Assembly: GCA_965223545.1 (NCBI GenBank)
Contig: OZ245006.1
Coordinates: forward strand, 7,168,001-7,232,000
DNA: 64,000 bases
Direction: 5' to 3'
Source: Planctomycetota bacterium
GTDB lineage: Bacteria > Planctomycetota > UBA1135 > UBA2386
Shown: positions 43,311 to 52,692 of the stretch, piece by piece
Layout: each line of letters starts with the position of its first letter
Position numbering within the stretch: position 1 is the first letter of the stretch
Translations under genes and position numbers: made by a program
The notes under the pieces: generated by a model
The model's database searches: none
Told to the model about the DNA's origin: nothing
The model's input: the letters and a program-made list of their open reading frames with translations, nothing else

Positions 43311-43684
43311 GCGTGCCGGCAGGCCGTTGGCTGCTCGGCGCCGCCGTGGGGACGGCGGTCGGGGTCGCAATCTACTGGCTCAGTTTACGCAACGGGATCC
43401 ACGTGCTCGTCGCAGTCGGCGCCGGGCTGGCGGTGGGGGCGCGGTTGGGCACTCGCGACCGCAGCATCGCGCGCGGCGTGCTGGTGGCCGTCCTGGCAGT
43501 GGTCGCGAGCATCCTCTGCGAGTGGTGGTTTCGACCGTTCTCCGCCGACGGCTCGCTCGGCTACTTCGTGCGCCACCTCGGTGACCTGTCGGCCAACTCG
43601 ATCGCGTCGCTGATCGGCGCCGCAGCGCTGGGCTTGTACTTCGGCAGCGGCCGGCACGCGCGCCCGCCATCGCCGACTCATTGA
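43307..43684 (+). CDS. Small hypothetical membrane protein (about 4 TM)
   Basis: GTGA overlap with the carbonic anhydrase stop; hydrophobic 125-aa product. Confidence 0.7.
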   Translation: MSVPAGRWLLGAAVGTAVGVAIYWLSLRNGIHVLVAVGAGLAVGARLGTRDRSIARGVLVAVLAVVASILCEWWFRPFSADGSLGYFVRHLGDLSANSIASLIGAAALGLYFGSGRHARPPSPTH

Positions 43685-43805
43685 CGCGCCGAGGCGAGCC
43701 TTCAGCTCTGGAGCTGGAGGTTGGTGGGAGCCGTTGAGCCCGGAGGATGCGGAGCGCGCGCACCCTCGGCCTCTGGATCGAGAGCAGCGGGGCCGCCCGC
43801 AGCTC

Positions 43806-45838
43806 GCCGAGTAGCCGCGGGGGGTTGCCCCCCCGCAGCTCTCACAGAACCGGACTTGTGGGTCACACATCCGGCTCTTCAGGACGGTATCCCCCAAAGG
43901 GGCCGCCAGTCGTAGCGGCGCTCGTCCCAGAGCTTGGAAAGCGACACCAGCCGCTCAGCAAACCACTGATTGGGATAAGCGCGTTTGATCGCTCCCGAGT
44001 TGCTCTGCCACCACGTGCCACGCCGGCCAAACGCGGTGCGTGCAGCCGACTGCCAGCTGCACCCACGGGCGACAAGGTCTCGGAAGAGGTATCGCGGTCT
44101 CTTCTTCTGCCGAATGATGATCGCCCGCAGGCGTCGTCGAATATGGCCATCGAGATTCCGCAAGGTCCGCCACGCGGCCTTCGTGATCAGCTTGAAGTAG
44201 CCGATCCAACCACGGAGGTAACGGTTCAGTCGTTCGATGCACCAGGACAGCCGACCACCCCAGGACCGCGGCGTAAGCTCACGGATTCGGGCGTCGATGC
44301 GATCCAGAGTGCGACGGGACAACTGCACCGTCAGCCAGCCCTTTCGAGTTGCGCCTACGCGAAACCCGAGGAAGTGCCGGCGATGGGCCAGGTCGACGGA
44401 ACTCTTCGCTTCGTTCACTTTCAGTCGCACGCGACGTTCGATGAACCTGCGAATCGAAGCCATGACCCGGTGTCCTGAGCGCTCGCTACCGACGTAGATA
44501 TTGCAGTCGTCGGCGTAGCGCACAAAACGCAACCCGCGTCGTTCCAACTCCCAGTCCAGTTCGTCCAGGACGATGTTGGACAGCAGAGGTGATAGCGGGC
44601 CGCCCTGGGGCGTTCCTTCTTCCGTGATGACGCGGGTGCCATCTGGAAGAACCACGTTCGCTTTCAGCATCAGGCGGATGATCCGCAGCACCCGACGGTC
44701 CTTCACCTTCTGAGCCAGCCGGTCCAGGAGGCGTTGGTGATGGACACGGTCGAAGAACTTCTCCAAATCGATGTCCACCGTGTACCGCCGACCCTGCTTC
44801 ACGTAACCCGCTGCTTCGGCGATCGCTGTGTGGGCTCCCCGCCTCGGCCGGAAGCCGTGGCTGCTGTCGTGGAACGTCGGGTCGTAGATCGGCTCCAGAA
44901 TCTGGCGCACGGCCTGTTGGACCCAGCGGTCGATCACGGTTGGAATCCCGAGACCCCGCTGCCCACCACTGGGCTTCGGGATCCACACCCGACGAATATC
45001 GCCGGGCGCGTAGGTCTCCATGAGCAGAGCATCGCGGAGTTTCGGGAGCAGGTGTTTCGCATGACGCTTGACCTCTGACACCGTCTGTCCGTCGACGCCC
45101 GGGGCGCCCTTCTTGCTTACGACATGTGCCAGTGCGCTTCGCAGGTTGCCCTGCTCCGCGACCAGCTCCAGCAGATGGCAGTAGCCGTCCGCTGGCGGCG
45201 GAGCCGATTCCGATCGATGGCTGCAATCCGTCGTAGGCACCGACGTGGACTTCGTGGCAGATTCGTCTGCCCTTCCGGCCACGCCGTCCCCTTGCGGGCT
45301 CTCGGCGAAAGCGAACTGCAGTTGCCGTGGTTTCGGCTTTCTCATCCTGTCACCCCCTTCGCTCCACCGGCATTACCCGGCTTCATCACTACTACGGGGT
45401 GATCCGACTTCTCTGCATGCCTTGGTGGGTCGTCGTTGCCTCCTCCCCACCTACCGCTCGAAGCGGACACACAGAGATCTCCCTGGGTAAGAACGCAGAG
45501 TTTCGCGCCGCCGCCGGTTCCAGTACTCCGAGGTCGCGACTGGATATCGGGCGTCACGTTGGATGGCACGCTGACCCAGACCTCGAGAGCCTTACGGAAC
45601 TTCGCTTTCGCTCGGTGCTGCGCTGCGTCTAGGGCTTCCATCCCACACGACCTCGCGGGAACAGCACGGCACGGTGTCCGTCCTGTTCTGGCATCCCGGA
45701 TCAACACCGCGCACCGCCCTCTCGGACGGCACACGGCTCCCCTTTCTGCCTCGTGCAGCTGCCTTCGACTCATGGTTTCCTCCAGTACGGATCCATAAAG
45801 AACTTTCATCTTCAACTCTGCGCCCATGCCAGGCGCAA
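43806..45838 (-). mobile_element. Group II intron, class IIC-like, 2033 nt
   Basis: 5' end TTGCGCCTGGCATGGGCG; TTCTTACCCAGGGAGATCT at the DI/DII junction; short DV GAGCCGGATGTG-TGACC-CACAAGTCCGGTTC; DVI ending CTACTCGGC. Removing it restores a 34-bp inverted repeat, which fixes the boundaries. Confidence 0.9.
43879..45345 (-). CDS. ltrA: Group II intron reverse transcriptase/maturase (no endonuclease domain)
   Basis: GAPGVDG, RxLGIPTVIDR, GFRP, GTPQGGPLSPLLSNI, RYADD, FLGF; maturase region LRGWIGYF. Confidence 0.96.
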   Translation of the reverse strand: MRKPKPRQLQFAFAESPQGDGVAGRADESATKSTSVPTTDCSHRSESAPPPADGYCHLLELVAEQGNLRSALAHVVSKKGAPGVDGQTVSEVKRHAKHLLPKLRDALLMETYAPGDIRRVWIPKPSGGQRGLGIPTVIDRWVQQAVRQILEPIYDPTFHDSSHGFRPRRGAHTAIAEAAGYVKQGRRYTVDIDLEKFFDRVHHQRLLDRLAQKVKDRRVLRIIRLMLKANVVLPDGTRVITEEGTPQGGPLSPLLSNIVLDELDWELERRGLRFVRYADDCNIYVGSERSGHRVMASIRRFIERRVRLKVNEAKSSVDLAHRRHFLGFRVGATRKGWLTVQLSRRTLDRIDARIRELTPRSWGGRLSWCIERLNRYLRGWIGYFKLITKAAWRTLRNLDGHIRRRLRAIIIRQKKRPRYLFRDLVARGCSWQSAARTAFGRRGTWWQSNSGAIKRAYPNQWFAERLVSLSKLWDERRYDWRPLWGIPS

Positions 45839-46120
45839 CATCACCATCAGCGCCGGTCCAAGACGAGGCACAGGGTGCGACCGACGCCGATGGTGACGGA
45901 GCTGCGGGCGGCGGTCCCGGTTCGTGGTGCTTGGATGTGCCGCTTCGACTGAAGGTCGCGGCATCGAAAGAGCGCGTTTCATCGCGAAACGGTTCGCACT
46001 CGCCTCAGCCTTGGAGCTCGAGATTGTTGGGAGCAGGAGTGCGTGCGATTCACCGGCCGGTTTCGCGGATTGTCGGATTCTTGCATGCTGACTTCCTTTT
46101 GAGTAAGGTCGCTAATTCAA

Positions 46121-46819
46121 ATGACGGGCAAGGCAGTTCGATCGGGGCGCGGGGGACGACGCCGTGGGGTGGTGCAGGGCGAGCTGCCGTTTCGGCAGTG
46201 GGGTGGGGCTCGGGAGGGGGCTGGGCGGCCCAAGGTGAGTGATGAGACGGTGCCGCACTTGGCGCGGGGGGTGTTGGTGGCGCGGTATCCGTTGCACTTG
46301 ACGGTGCGGTTGCGTCGGGGGTTGCCGGGCTTACGGAATGCGCGGACGTACTGGATGTTGGTGGAGCGGATCCGGGCGGGGTGTGGGCGGTTCGGGTTTC
46401 GGTTGGTGGAGTTCTCGGTGCAGCGCGATCACTTCCACCTCTTGGTGGAGGCGAAGGACCGGGAGGCGTTGACGCGGGGGATGACCGGGCTGTTGGTGCG
46501 GATGGCGCGGGGGTTGAACAAGCTGTGGGGGCGCTCGGGGCGGGTGTTTGCCGAGCGGTTCCACGAGCGGGTGCTGCGCTCGCCGACGGAGGTGCGGCGG
46601 GCGTTGGTGTATGTGCTGCAGAATGCTTGGCATCACCGGCAGCGGCCTCGGCAGGCGATCGACGTCTACTCGTCGGGGCCTTGGTTCGACGGGTGGCGTG
46701 AGGTGGTGGAGCTGTCGGAGCCGGTGGCGCGGCCGACGGTGCGGGCGCGGACTTGGCTGCTGAAGGGTGGATGGCGGCGATCGCGGGGGCGGTTGGACTT
46801 CCGCGAGCGGCCGGCGTAG
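46121..46819 (+). mobile_element. Y1 HUH transposase (IS200-like / REP-associated tyrosine transposase, RAYT-like)
   Basis: LHLTVR, FSVQRDHFHLLVEA (HUH), G.VFAERFH and catalytic YVLQN. Confidence 0.85.
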
Positions 46820-47065
46820 AGCCCGGAGTCCGGGCAAGTCCTTCATCAACACTGGCGCGCGCGACCGAGCGCGACGACGTCGAGGGTCGGTTGGTCGAGA
46901 AGTTCGCGTGGCCTCTGGGCGCGCCGGTCGTGACCGCTCCGTGAGACGCGGCGCCTTCGGGCAGGGAAAGGTGTCCGCTGCCCGGCTATCCCGCTGCTAC
47001 GCGATTAGGTCGCAATCGCCCGCCCCCCGGATGGAGTCTGATCAGTGGCGACGGTGCTGGCGGCG

Positions 47066-49177
47066 TCAGCTCTCGCCGAACCAGCGCGCCAACCAACCGT
47101 GCAGCTCCTGCCAGAAGTAACGCGCCTCCGCGCCGTTCATGATCCAGTGGTTGGCACGGTGGAAGACGAGCAGTCGGCTCTCGACCTGTTGGCGCTGTAG
47201 CATGGACCACATCCCCAGCGTCTGGTTGAGCGGCACGCGATAGTCGCGTTCGCCGATCGTCAGCAGCATCGGCGTCCGGAAGTTGCCGGCATACGTGGCT
47301 GGGCTCTGCTCGCGCCAGATCGGGTCGCCGGCCCACGGCGGGCCACCGAGGTTGCGCTCGCGGTGATAGATCACGTCGCTGGTGGCCCACTGTCCCTCGA
47401 GCGATGCCAGGCCCGCGTGGGATACCAGACAGCGGTAGCGCTCGGTGGTGGCCTCCAGCCAGTTGGCCATGTGGCCACCGTAGCTGGCGCCGAGCGCGGC
47501 CTGACGGGTTTCGTCGACGAAGGCGAAGCGGGTGATGGCAACGGTGGCCGCTTCGTTGATCTCCGCGCACGGTGTGCGCAGGGGATCGCCCTGGATGGCC
47601 CGCGAGAACGCCTCCCCGTAGCCGACCGACCCGGTGTAGTCGGGGGCCACGACGACGTACCCAGGTGCGGCGAGGAGCTGCATGCTCCAGCGGATGTGTC
47701 CTTGGTCGAGCGACGACGAGTGTGGGCCGCCGTGCATCATCATCACCAGTGGGTAGCGCTCGGCCTCGTCGAAGGCCGGCGGCAACGCCATCCAGCAGTG
47801 GATCTTGCGCCCCGCGCTGCTGTCGAACCAGAACTCGCGAAACGGCTGCCAATCGAGCTCTGCCGCGCGGTCGCGGTTGAACGTGGTGAGGGGTGCCTTA
47901 CTTCCGTCATCGCCGTCGACCTGCACGATCTCCGCGGGCGCGGCCGAGCCCTCGTAGCGCGTCACCAGCACGGTGCGGTCGGCGGACACCGACAGGCCGG
48001 AATGCACTCCGCGGGAGCTCGGATCCAGCAATCGTGGCGGTCCGTCGCCCGCCCGCCAAGTGAACAGGCGGCGGCGGCCGTGCTCGGTGGCAATCCAGAA
48101 GTAGGCCGTGCCGCCATCGCCGGTGCCCGCGGCGAAGTCGTGGATCGGGCGATCGAACTCTCCGGCCAACACCTGCCAGCCGTCCGGATCGGCGGGCCAG
48201 GCACAGCGCGCCAACCGCGGCAGGTTGTAGACGAATTCGGTCTGCTCCGTGCGCATCGCCACCAGCGCGCCGTCCGGCGCGAACTGGGGTGCGCTCCAGG
48301 ACGCGCCGTCCGGCGTCAGCCGGCGCGGTGCGTCACCTTCGCGCGACGCAAAGTACAGGTGTGATGGCGTGTGCGCGTGCGCCGCTTGGTGCCGGTTCGC
48401 GGTCGCGGCGAACACCACGCCACTGCCGTCCGGCGCCCACTCCGGCGCGAGACTGCTGCCGTCGTACCCCGGCCCGCGTACCAGCGCGGTGCCGTGCAAC
48501 AGATCGCGTGGCTCCCCGGCGTTGGCGCCGTCGTCCAGCTCGAGGACGAAGGGCCGCTTCTGCGTGTCGTCCAACCAGCGGTCCCAGGCCCGCACCGGAA
48601 AGTGGTCGTAGGCGGTGGCGTGCACGTCGCGCTTGGCGCGGCGTTCGGCTTCCGCCTTGTTCTCGGCATCGTCGGCGGCGGCGGGAAACACGGTGCTCTC
48701 GAACGCCAACCAGCGGCCGTCCGGGCTCCAGATCGGCGCGGCGGCGCCGGTCGACAAGGTCGTCAGCCGCCGTGCTTCGCCCGGGCCGTCGAGCGGCAGC
48801 AGGTAGAGCTGCGGCTTCTCGTCGTCCCCGCGCTTGGCGGAGAACACCACGGCGCTGCCGTCCGGCCGGATCGCCGCCCCGGTCTCGGCGGCCGCAGTGC
48901 TCGTCAGCCGTCGCGGCGCCGGCGCGCCGCCCGCGGTCGACAGCAGCCACAGATCCGACTGCGTCTCATCGGCGTCATAGCTCGGCTCGGTGACCGACAC
49001 CACGACCCGACGGCCGTCGCGGCTCAGCACAGGAGACCCCAAGCGCCGCATCAACCAGAGATCCTCGTGGCTCATCGGCCGGACAGTCACTCCGGCGGCT
49101 TGCGGTTCGGCCTGAGCGGCGATCGCGCCGTGGGCAACAACCGGCAGGAGGGCGAGCAAAACGAAACGGCATGTCAT
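47066..49177 (-). CDS. S9 family peptidase (acylaminoacyl/dipeptidyl peptidase-like), exported
   Basis: PD40-type propeller repeats; HGGP, GASYGG, D.RVP and NHW catalytic motifs. Confidence 0.93.
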   Translation of the reverse strand: MTCRFVLLALLPVVAHGAIAAQAEPQAAGVTVRPMSHEDLWLMRRLGSPVLSRDGRRVVVSVTEPSYDADETQSDLWLLSTAGGAPAPRRLTSTAAAETGAAIRPDGSAVVFSAKRGDDEKPQLYLLPLDGPGEARRLTTLSTGAAAPIWSPDGRWLAFESTVFPAAADDAENKAEAERRAKRDVHATAYDHFPVRAWDRWLDDTQKRPFVLELDDGANAGEPRDLLHGTALVRGPGYDGSSLAPEWAPDGSGVVFAATANRHQAAHAHTPSHLYFASREGDAPRRLTPDGASWSAPQFAPDGALVAMRTEQTEFVYNLPRLARCAWPADPDGWQVLAGEFDRPIHDFAAGTGDGGTAYFWIATEHGRRRLFTWRAGDGPPRLLDPSSRGVHSGLSVSADRTVLVTRYEGSAAPAEIVQVDGDDGSKAPLTTFNRDRAAELDWQPFREFWFDSSAGRKIHCWMALPPAFDEAERYPLVMMMHGGPHSSSLDQGHIRWSMQLLAAPGYVVVAPDYTGSVGYGEAFSRAIQGDPLRTPCAEINEAATVAITRFAFVDETRQAALGASYGGHMANWLEATTERYRCLVSHAGLASLEGQWATSDVIYHRERNLGGPPWAGDPIWREQSPATYAGNFRTPMLLTIGERDYRVPLNQTLGMWSMLQRQQVESRLLVFHRANHWIMNGAEARYFWQELHGWLARWFGES

Positions 49178-49187
49178 GCCGCCATCT

Positions 49188-50369
49188 TCAGCGAAAGTAC
49201 CGAGTCTGACTCGATTTTCTCGGCGCGCGCTTCTGCACCACACCCGCCGCCGCGAGCTCTTGCGCCAGCGATCGCATGTACGCATCGACGGCGCGCGGAT
49301 TGAGGTGGCGGTTCGTCGCGCTGGCGAACGGTTGTTCGATGCATAGATCGATCTCGATGGTGCGCTGCCCCGCGGTAATTGCCGCGAGGTTGTCGCGCAT
49401 CTGCCGCGGATTGGTGCGGTAGTAGTGTCCGTTCAACCGCATGACGGTCTCGCGATCACCCCCCTCCCGCCAACGCCAACGCGTCACCGCGAACCCGGCC
49501 CCGTGCGCCGCACTGAGTGAGCGCATCTCCGCGAGCAGCGCGCGCGTCAGGGCGATGCCGTAGCGGGTTCGCGGACTCGGTGGAGTCAAGTAGAGCTGAC
49601 AGTGCACCTTCTCGCTGGCGAAATGCTCGTTGCGAAACGCCGGTTGTGTGTCCCAGCGCTGTTGCCAGGTGTCGGCCGCGACCGCTCCGCAGTCCGGCGC
49701 CGGCTGATAGGGTGCGGGCAGGTGTCGCCGTTCCCAGTCTCCGTCCCGGTCGAGGTGACGTGCGAGAAGCAGCGTGAGAAGGTTCAGTCCAGCGTCGCCG
49801 ACCGGATCTCCCATTTGCTCGGACGGCCCGCACAGCACGCCTTCCTCGAGCCAGAACGTCGGCTTCGGCACGCCGTTGCGCGGATAGTGGGTCGGAAACA
49901 GGTTGTTCCAGACGTCGTTGGCGGGCGATAGCCAGACCAGGACGAGGTCGGCACCGAATGCAGCGAAGTACTCCCGCAGGACCAGCAATTGCTGATCCTG
50001 GCCCCAGCCGCGTGCGCCCAGCGAAACGACCGTGACGCCGGGGATGTGGCGCCGCAAGTGGTACTCGAGCCGTGCCTCCGGCATCTCCTCCGGTCCACAG
50101 GCCGATGCTTCGACCTGCGAATCGCCGACCAGCAACACGACCGGATCGTCCCGCGCCATCGCGAAAGGCCGCCCCCGCAGGCCGAGCTGATTCAAGGGGT
50201 GGGTTGCCGAAGGCGCGCGCCACCCCGCGCGGACCAACGGCGGTTCGCAGCACAGCTCGGCGAACAGAGCTGCTATCATCAACGCCGCGAACGTGCTCCC
50301 CAAGACGAGAGCCGCCCGCAGTACGGGCCGAGGACGGAGATGGTAGCCAGAGTGGACGGAACGAGGCAA
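49188..50369 (-). CDS. SGNH/GDSL hydrolase-like membrane-anchored protein
   Basis: C-terminal part of the 1229-aa track ORF: NQLGLRG, VGDSQVE, GWGQDQQ, NDVWNN, RHLN; start (TTG 50369) uncertain. Confidence 0.72.
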   Translation of the reverse strand: MPRSVHSGYHLRPRPVLRAALVLGSTFAALMIAALFAELCCEPPLVRAGWRAPSATHPLNQLGLRGRPFAMARDDPVVLLVGDSQVEASACGPEEMPEARLEYHLRRHIPGVTVVSLGARGWGQDQQLLVLREYFAAFGADLVLVWLSPANDVWNNLFPTHYPRNGVPKPTFWLEEGVLCGPSEQMGDPVGDAGLNLLTLLLARHLDRDGDWERRHLPAPYQPAPDCGAVAADTWQQRWDTQPAFRNEHFASEKVHCQLYLTPPSPRTRYGIALTRALLAEMRSLSAAHGAGFAVTRWRWREGGDRETVMRLNGHYYRTNPRQMRDNLAAITAGQRTIEIDLCIEQPFASATNRHLNPRAVDAYMRSLAQELAAAGVVQKRAPRKSSQTRYFR

Positions 50370-50420
50370 CGTGACTCGAGACGACGTCCGGTGTTCGGAA
50401 CGCGTGCGACCGATAGCCGC

Positions 50421-52586
50421 GTGCTCCCGCGGCGTCACAGCAATTGGACTGCCGCCGCGGTTGTGCTCGGTTCTTCGCTCGCGGCGCAGTCGACCTGGGC
50501 CGATGCGTCGCGGCACGTGGTCGCCGATCCGTGGGCAGTGGAGATGGCCTACGACACGGTGCGTCAACGACTGGTCGCCACTATCAGTCGCACGCCGAAT
50601 CCTTCCTACTCCGGGTTGCTCGAGACCTGGGAGCACACCGCGGGGTGGACGCGGGCACTGCCGGCGGCCGGCCCGCCGGACGGCGTCGGGTCCGCGATGG
50701 CCTTCGATGAGCAAAGAGGGCGCACGGTCCGCTTCGGTGGCATCACCGGCAGCTGGATCTCGCACGATGAGCACTGGGAGTACGACGGCTTGCAATGGGT
50801 CTCTCGAGGAGGGACCCGGCCGCCCGCGCGTCGCGGGCATTGCATGGTGTTCGATTCCGGCCGTGGAGTGATCGTGCTCCACGGTGGGGAGGACTCGGCC
50901 ACTCGACAGGCGCACTCCGACACGTGGGAGTTCGACGGGAGCGCCTGGACCCGCGCCAGTGCGGTCGCGAGTCCGTCCGTCGACGCGGCGATGGCGTACG
51001 ATCCGCTGCGGCGGCGCGTCGTGCGCTACGGTGGCTGGCAGTCCGGCCTGTCGATGGCGCGCACTCTGGAGTGGGACGGAAGCGTGTGGCGTCGTGGGCC
51101 CGATGGGCCCGGGGCGCGCCATGGCAGTCGGCTCGCGTTCGACGCTGCCCGAGGGGTCATGGTGATGTTCGGTGGCACCGATGGGACCCGTGTGTTCGAT
51201 GACACTTGGCTCTACGACGGCGTGTCGTGGCGACAGGCCAGCCCGTCCGCGCCCATGGGGGCGCTGCACAGCGGCGCGATGGCCTACGATGCAGGCCGCG
51301 GCCGCGTCCAGTACTACGGAGGACTGACGGCAGCACGGCGGCCGGCAACCGGGTTGTGGGAGTGGGACGGCAGCGACTGGGTCGCGCGCACGGTTCCGGT
51401 GTTGCCGGGCGGTGGTGTCGGTGTCGCGACTTGTTACGACGCATTGCGCGGGCGGGTCGTGCTGCACGGCGCCGCGGGGACCCACGAATGGGATGGCTAT
51501 CGGTGGCACCGCTCGGTCGCTGCGTCCGCGCCGAGTTCCGCCGGCAACCCGGCGATGGCCTTCGACCACACCACCGGCCGCAGTGTCCTGTTCACCGCGC
51601 ACGAGCCGGGGAATCCGACTTGGTGGTACGACGGCGCGCGGTGGTGGCCCGCCGCCGCGGCGGTCTCTCCCCCAGTGCGCGATGCCGCGGCGCTCGCCTT
51701 CGATGCGGCGCGGGGTGACATCGTGCTGTTCGGTGGGCGCGTGCCGGGATCGAGCACGCTGATGGCGGACACCTGGCTGTTCGATGGCAGCACGTGGCGG
51801 GCGCACGCGGGCAGCGGTCCTCTGGGCGCATGGGGCAATGCGATGGTCTACGACCCGGGCCGGCAACGCGTGGTTCTGGTCACCGGCCGGAGCTCCGCGC
51901 TGGGGACGGACACGTGGGAATGGGATGGCACGCAGTGGAGCTTGCGCGCGGTCGGGGCTGCTCTCCAGTGGAGCGATCCGAGTCTCGCGTACGACCCGCG
52001 GATCGGGCGGGTGGTGTCGTGGGTCGGCGCCGCCGGTGCCGGTGGTGCTCTTTGGCAATGGGACGGCACGTCGTGGACCGCGGTCTCGATCCAAGAGGGA
52101 CCGGGGGCGGGGACGGGCCAGAGGCTCGAGTTCGACGCGCGGAGCAACCGCCTGTTGCTCTACGAGGGAGGCCGGGACAAGACTTGGGTGCACGACGACG
52201 CCGGCCGCGTGGCCCTCGAGCTCGCCTACGGCACGAGCTGCCCGCCAGCCGGTGGGCTGGTGATGCGCGCCCTGGGACCGGCCTCGGTCTTCGCTCCGGG
52301 CTTCGTGCTGGATCTGCACGGTGTTCCGCCGGGCGGCGCGGCCACGATCGGGCTGAGCGGCGGGCCTGCGCAGCTGCAGCTCGCCGGGTGCACGCTGTTC
52401 CTCGACCCGAGCCGCTGGTTGGCGGCGCTGCCCTTGGCGCCACGGGCCAATGGCTTCGCTGCGGTCTCGGTGCCGACCCCACCGGCGGCGTTGGGAGTGG
52501 AGCTGTTTGGCCAAGCGTTCGCCCTCGACGCGAGCGCGCTCCGATTGCTCGGTTCGCGCGCCTTGCGCTTGCGGATCGGCTTGTAG
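50421..52586 (+). CDS. Secreted Kelch-like beta-propeller repeat protein (paralog of 37650-39824)
   Basis: Repeats MAYD..R.RVV..GG...TWEWDG..W; C-terminal YGTSC domain; GTG start approximate. Confidence 0.87.
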   Translation: MLPRRHSNWTAAAVVLGSSLAAQSTWADASRHVVADPWAVEMAYDTVRQRLVATISRTPNPSYSGLLETWEHTAGWTRALPAAGPPDGVGSAMAFDEQRGRTVRFGGITGSWISHDEHWEYDGLQWVSRGGTRPPARRGHCMVFDSGRGVIVLHGGEDSATRQAHSDTWEFDGSAWTRASAVASPSVDAAMAYDPLRRRVVRYGGWQSGLSMARTLEWDGSVWRRGPDGPGARHGSRLAFDAARGVMVMFGGTDGTRVFDDTWLYDGVSWRQASPSAPMGALHSGAMAYDAGRGRVQYYGGLTAARRPATGLWEWDGSDWVARTVPVLPGGGVGVATCYDALRGRVVLHGAAGTHEWDGYRWHRSVAASAPSSAGNPAMAFDHTTGRSVLFTAHEPGNPTWWYDGARWWPAAAAVSPPVRDAAALAFDAARGDIVLFGGRVPGSSTLMADTWLFDGSTWRAHAGSGPLGAWGNAMVYDPGRQRVVLVTGRSSALGTDTWEWDGTQWSLRAVGAALQWSDPSLAYDPRIGRVVSWVGAAGAGGALWQWDGTSWTAVSIQEGPGAGTGQRLEFDARSNRLLLYEGGRDKTWVHDDAGRVALELAYGTSCPPAGGLVMRALGPASVFAPGFVLDLHGVPPGGAATIGLSGGPAQLQLAGCTLFLDPSRWLAALPLAPRANGFAAVSVPTPPAALGVELFGQAFALDASALRLLGSRALRLRIGL

Positions 52587-52692
52587 CAGCCCGCGTCGCT
52601 CGGTATCTCTCGGCAAGGTTGCCCGGGCCGTGATGTGCAATCGGCGGCGGCGTCCGCACCGTGGGGGCGCGTGTGCGTACACTCTCCGCCCA

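Larger units (their letters stand above)
43792..45912. repeat. 34-bp inverted repeat (31/34) with 20-nt spacer; left arm interrupted by the intron
   Basis: Left arm is 43792-43805 + 45839-45858 (gccgcccgcagctc|catcaccatcagcgccggtc); right arm is 45879-45912 (gaccgacgccgatggtgacggagctgcgggcggc). Confidence 0.88.

Noticed and set aside
43879..45345. RT as a retron, DGR or CRISPR-associated RT
   Set aside because: It has the RT0 GAPGVDG motif, YADD, a maturase domain and flanking DV/DVI plus the 5' intron end. No TR/VR pair or msr/msd is evident.
43792..45912. Intron target as an integron attC site or rho-independent terminator
   Set aside because: No RYYYAAC/GTTRRRY cores, no intI in the window and no U-tract.
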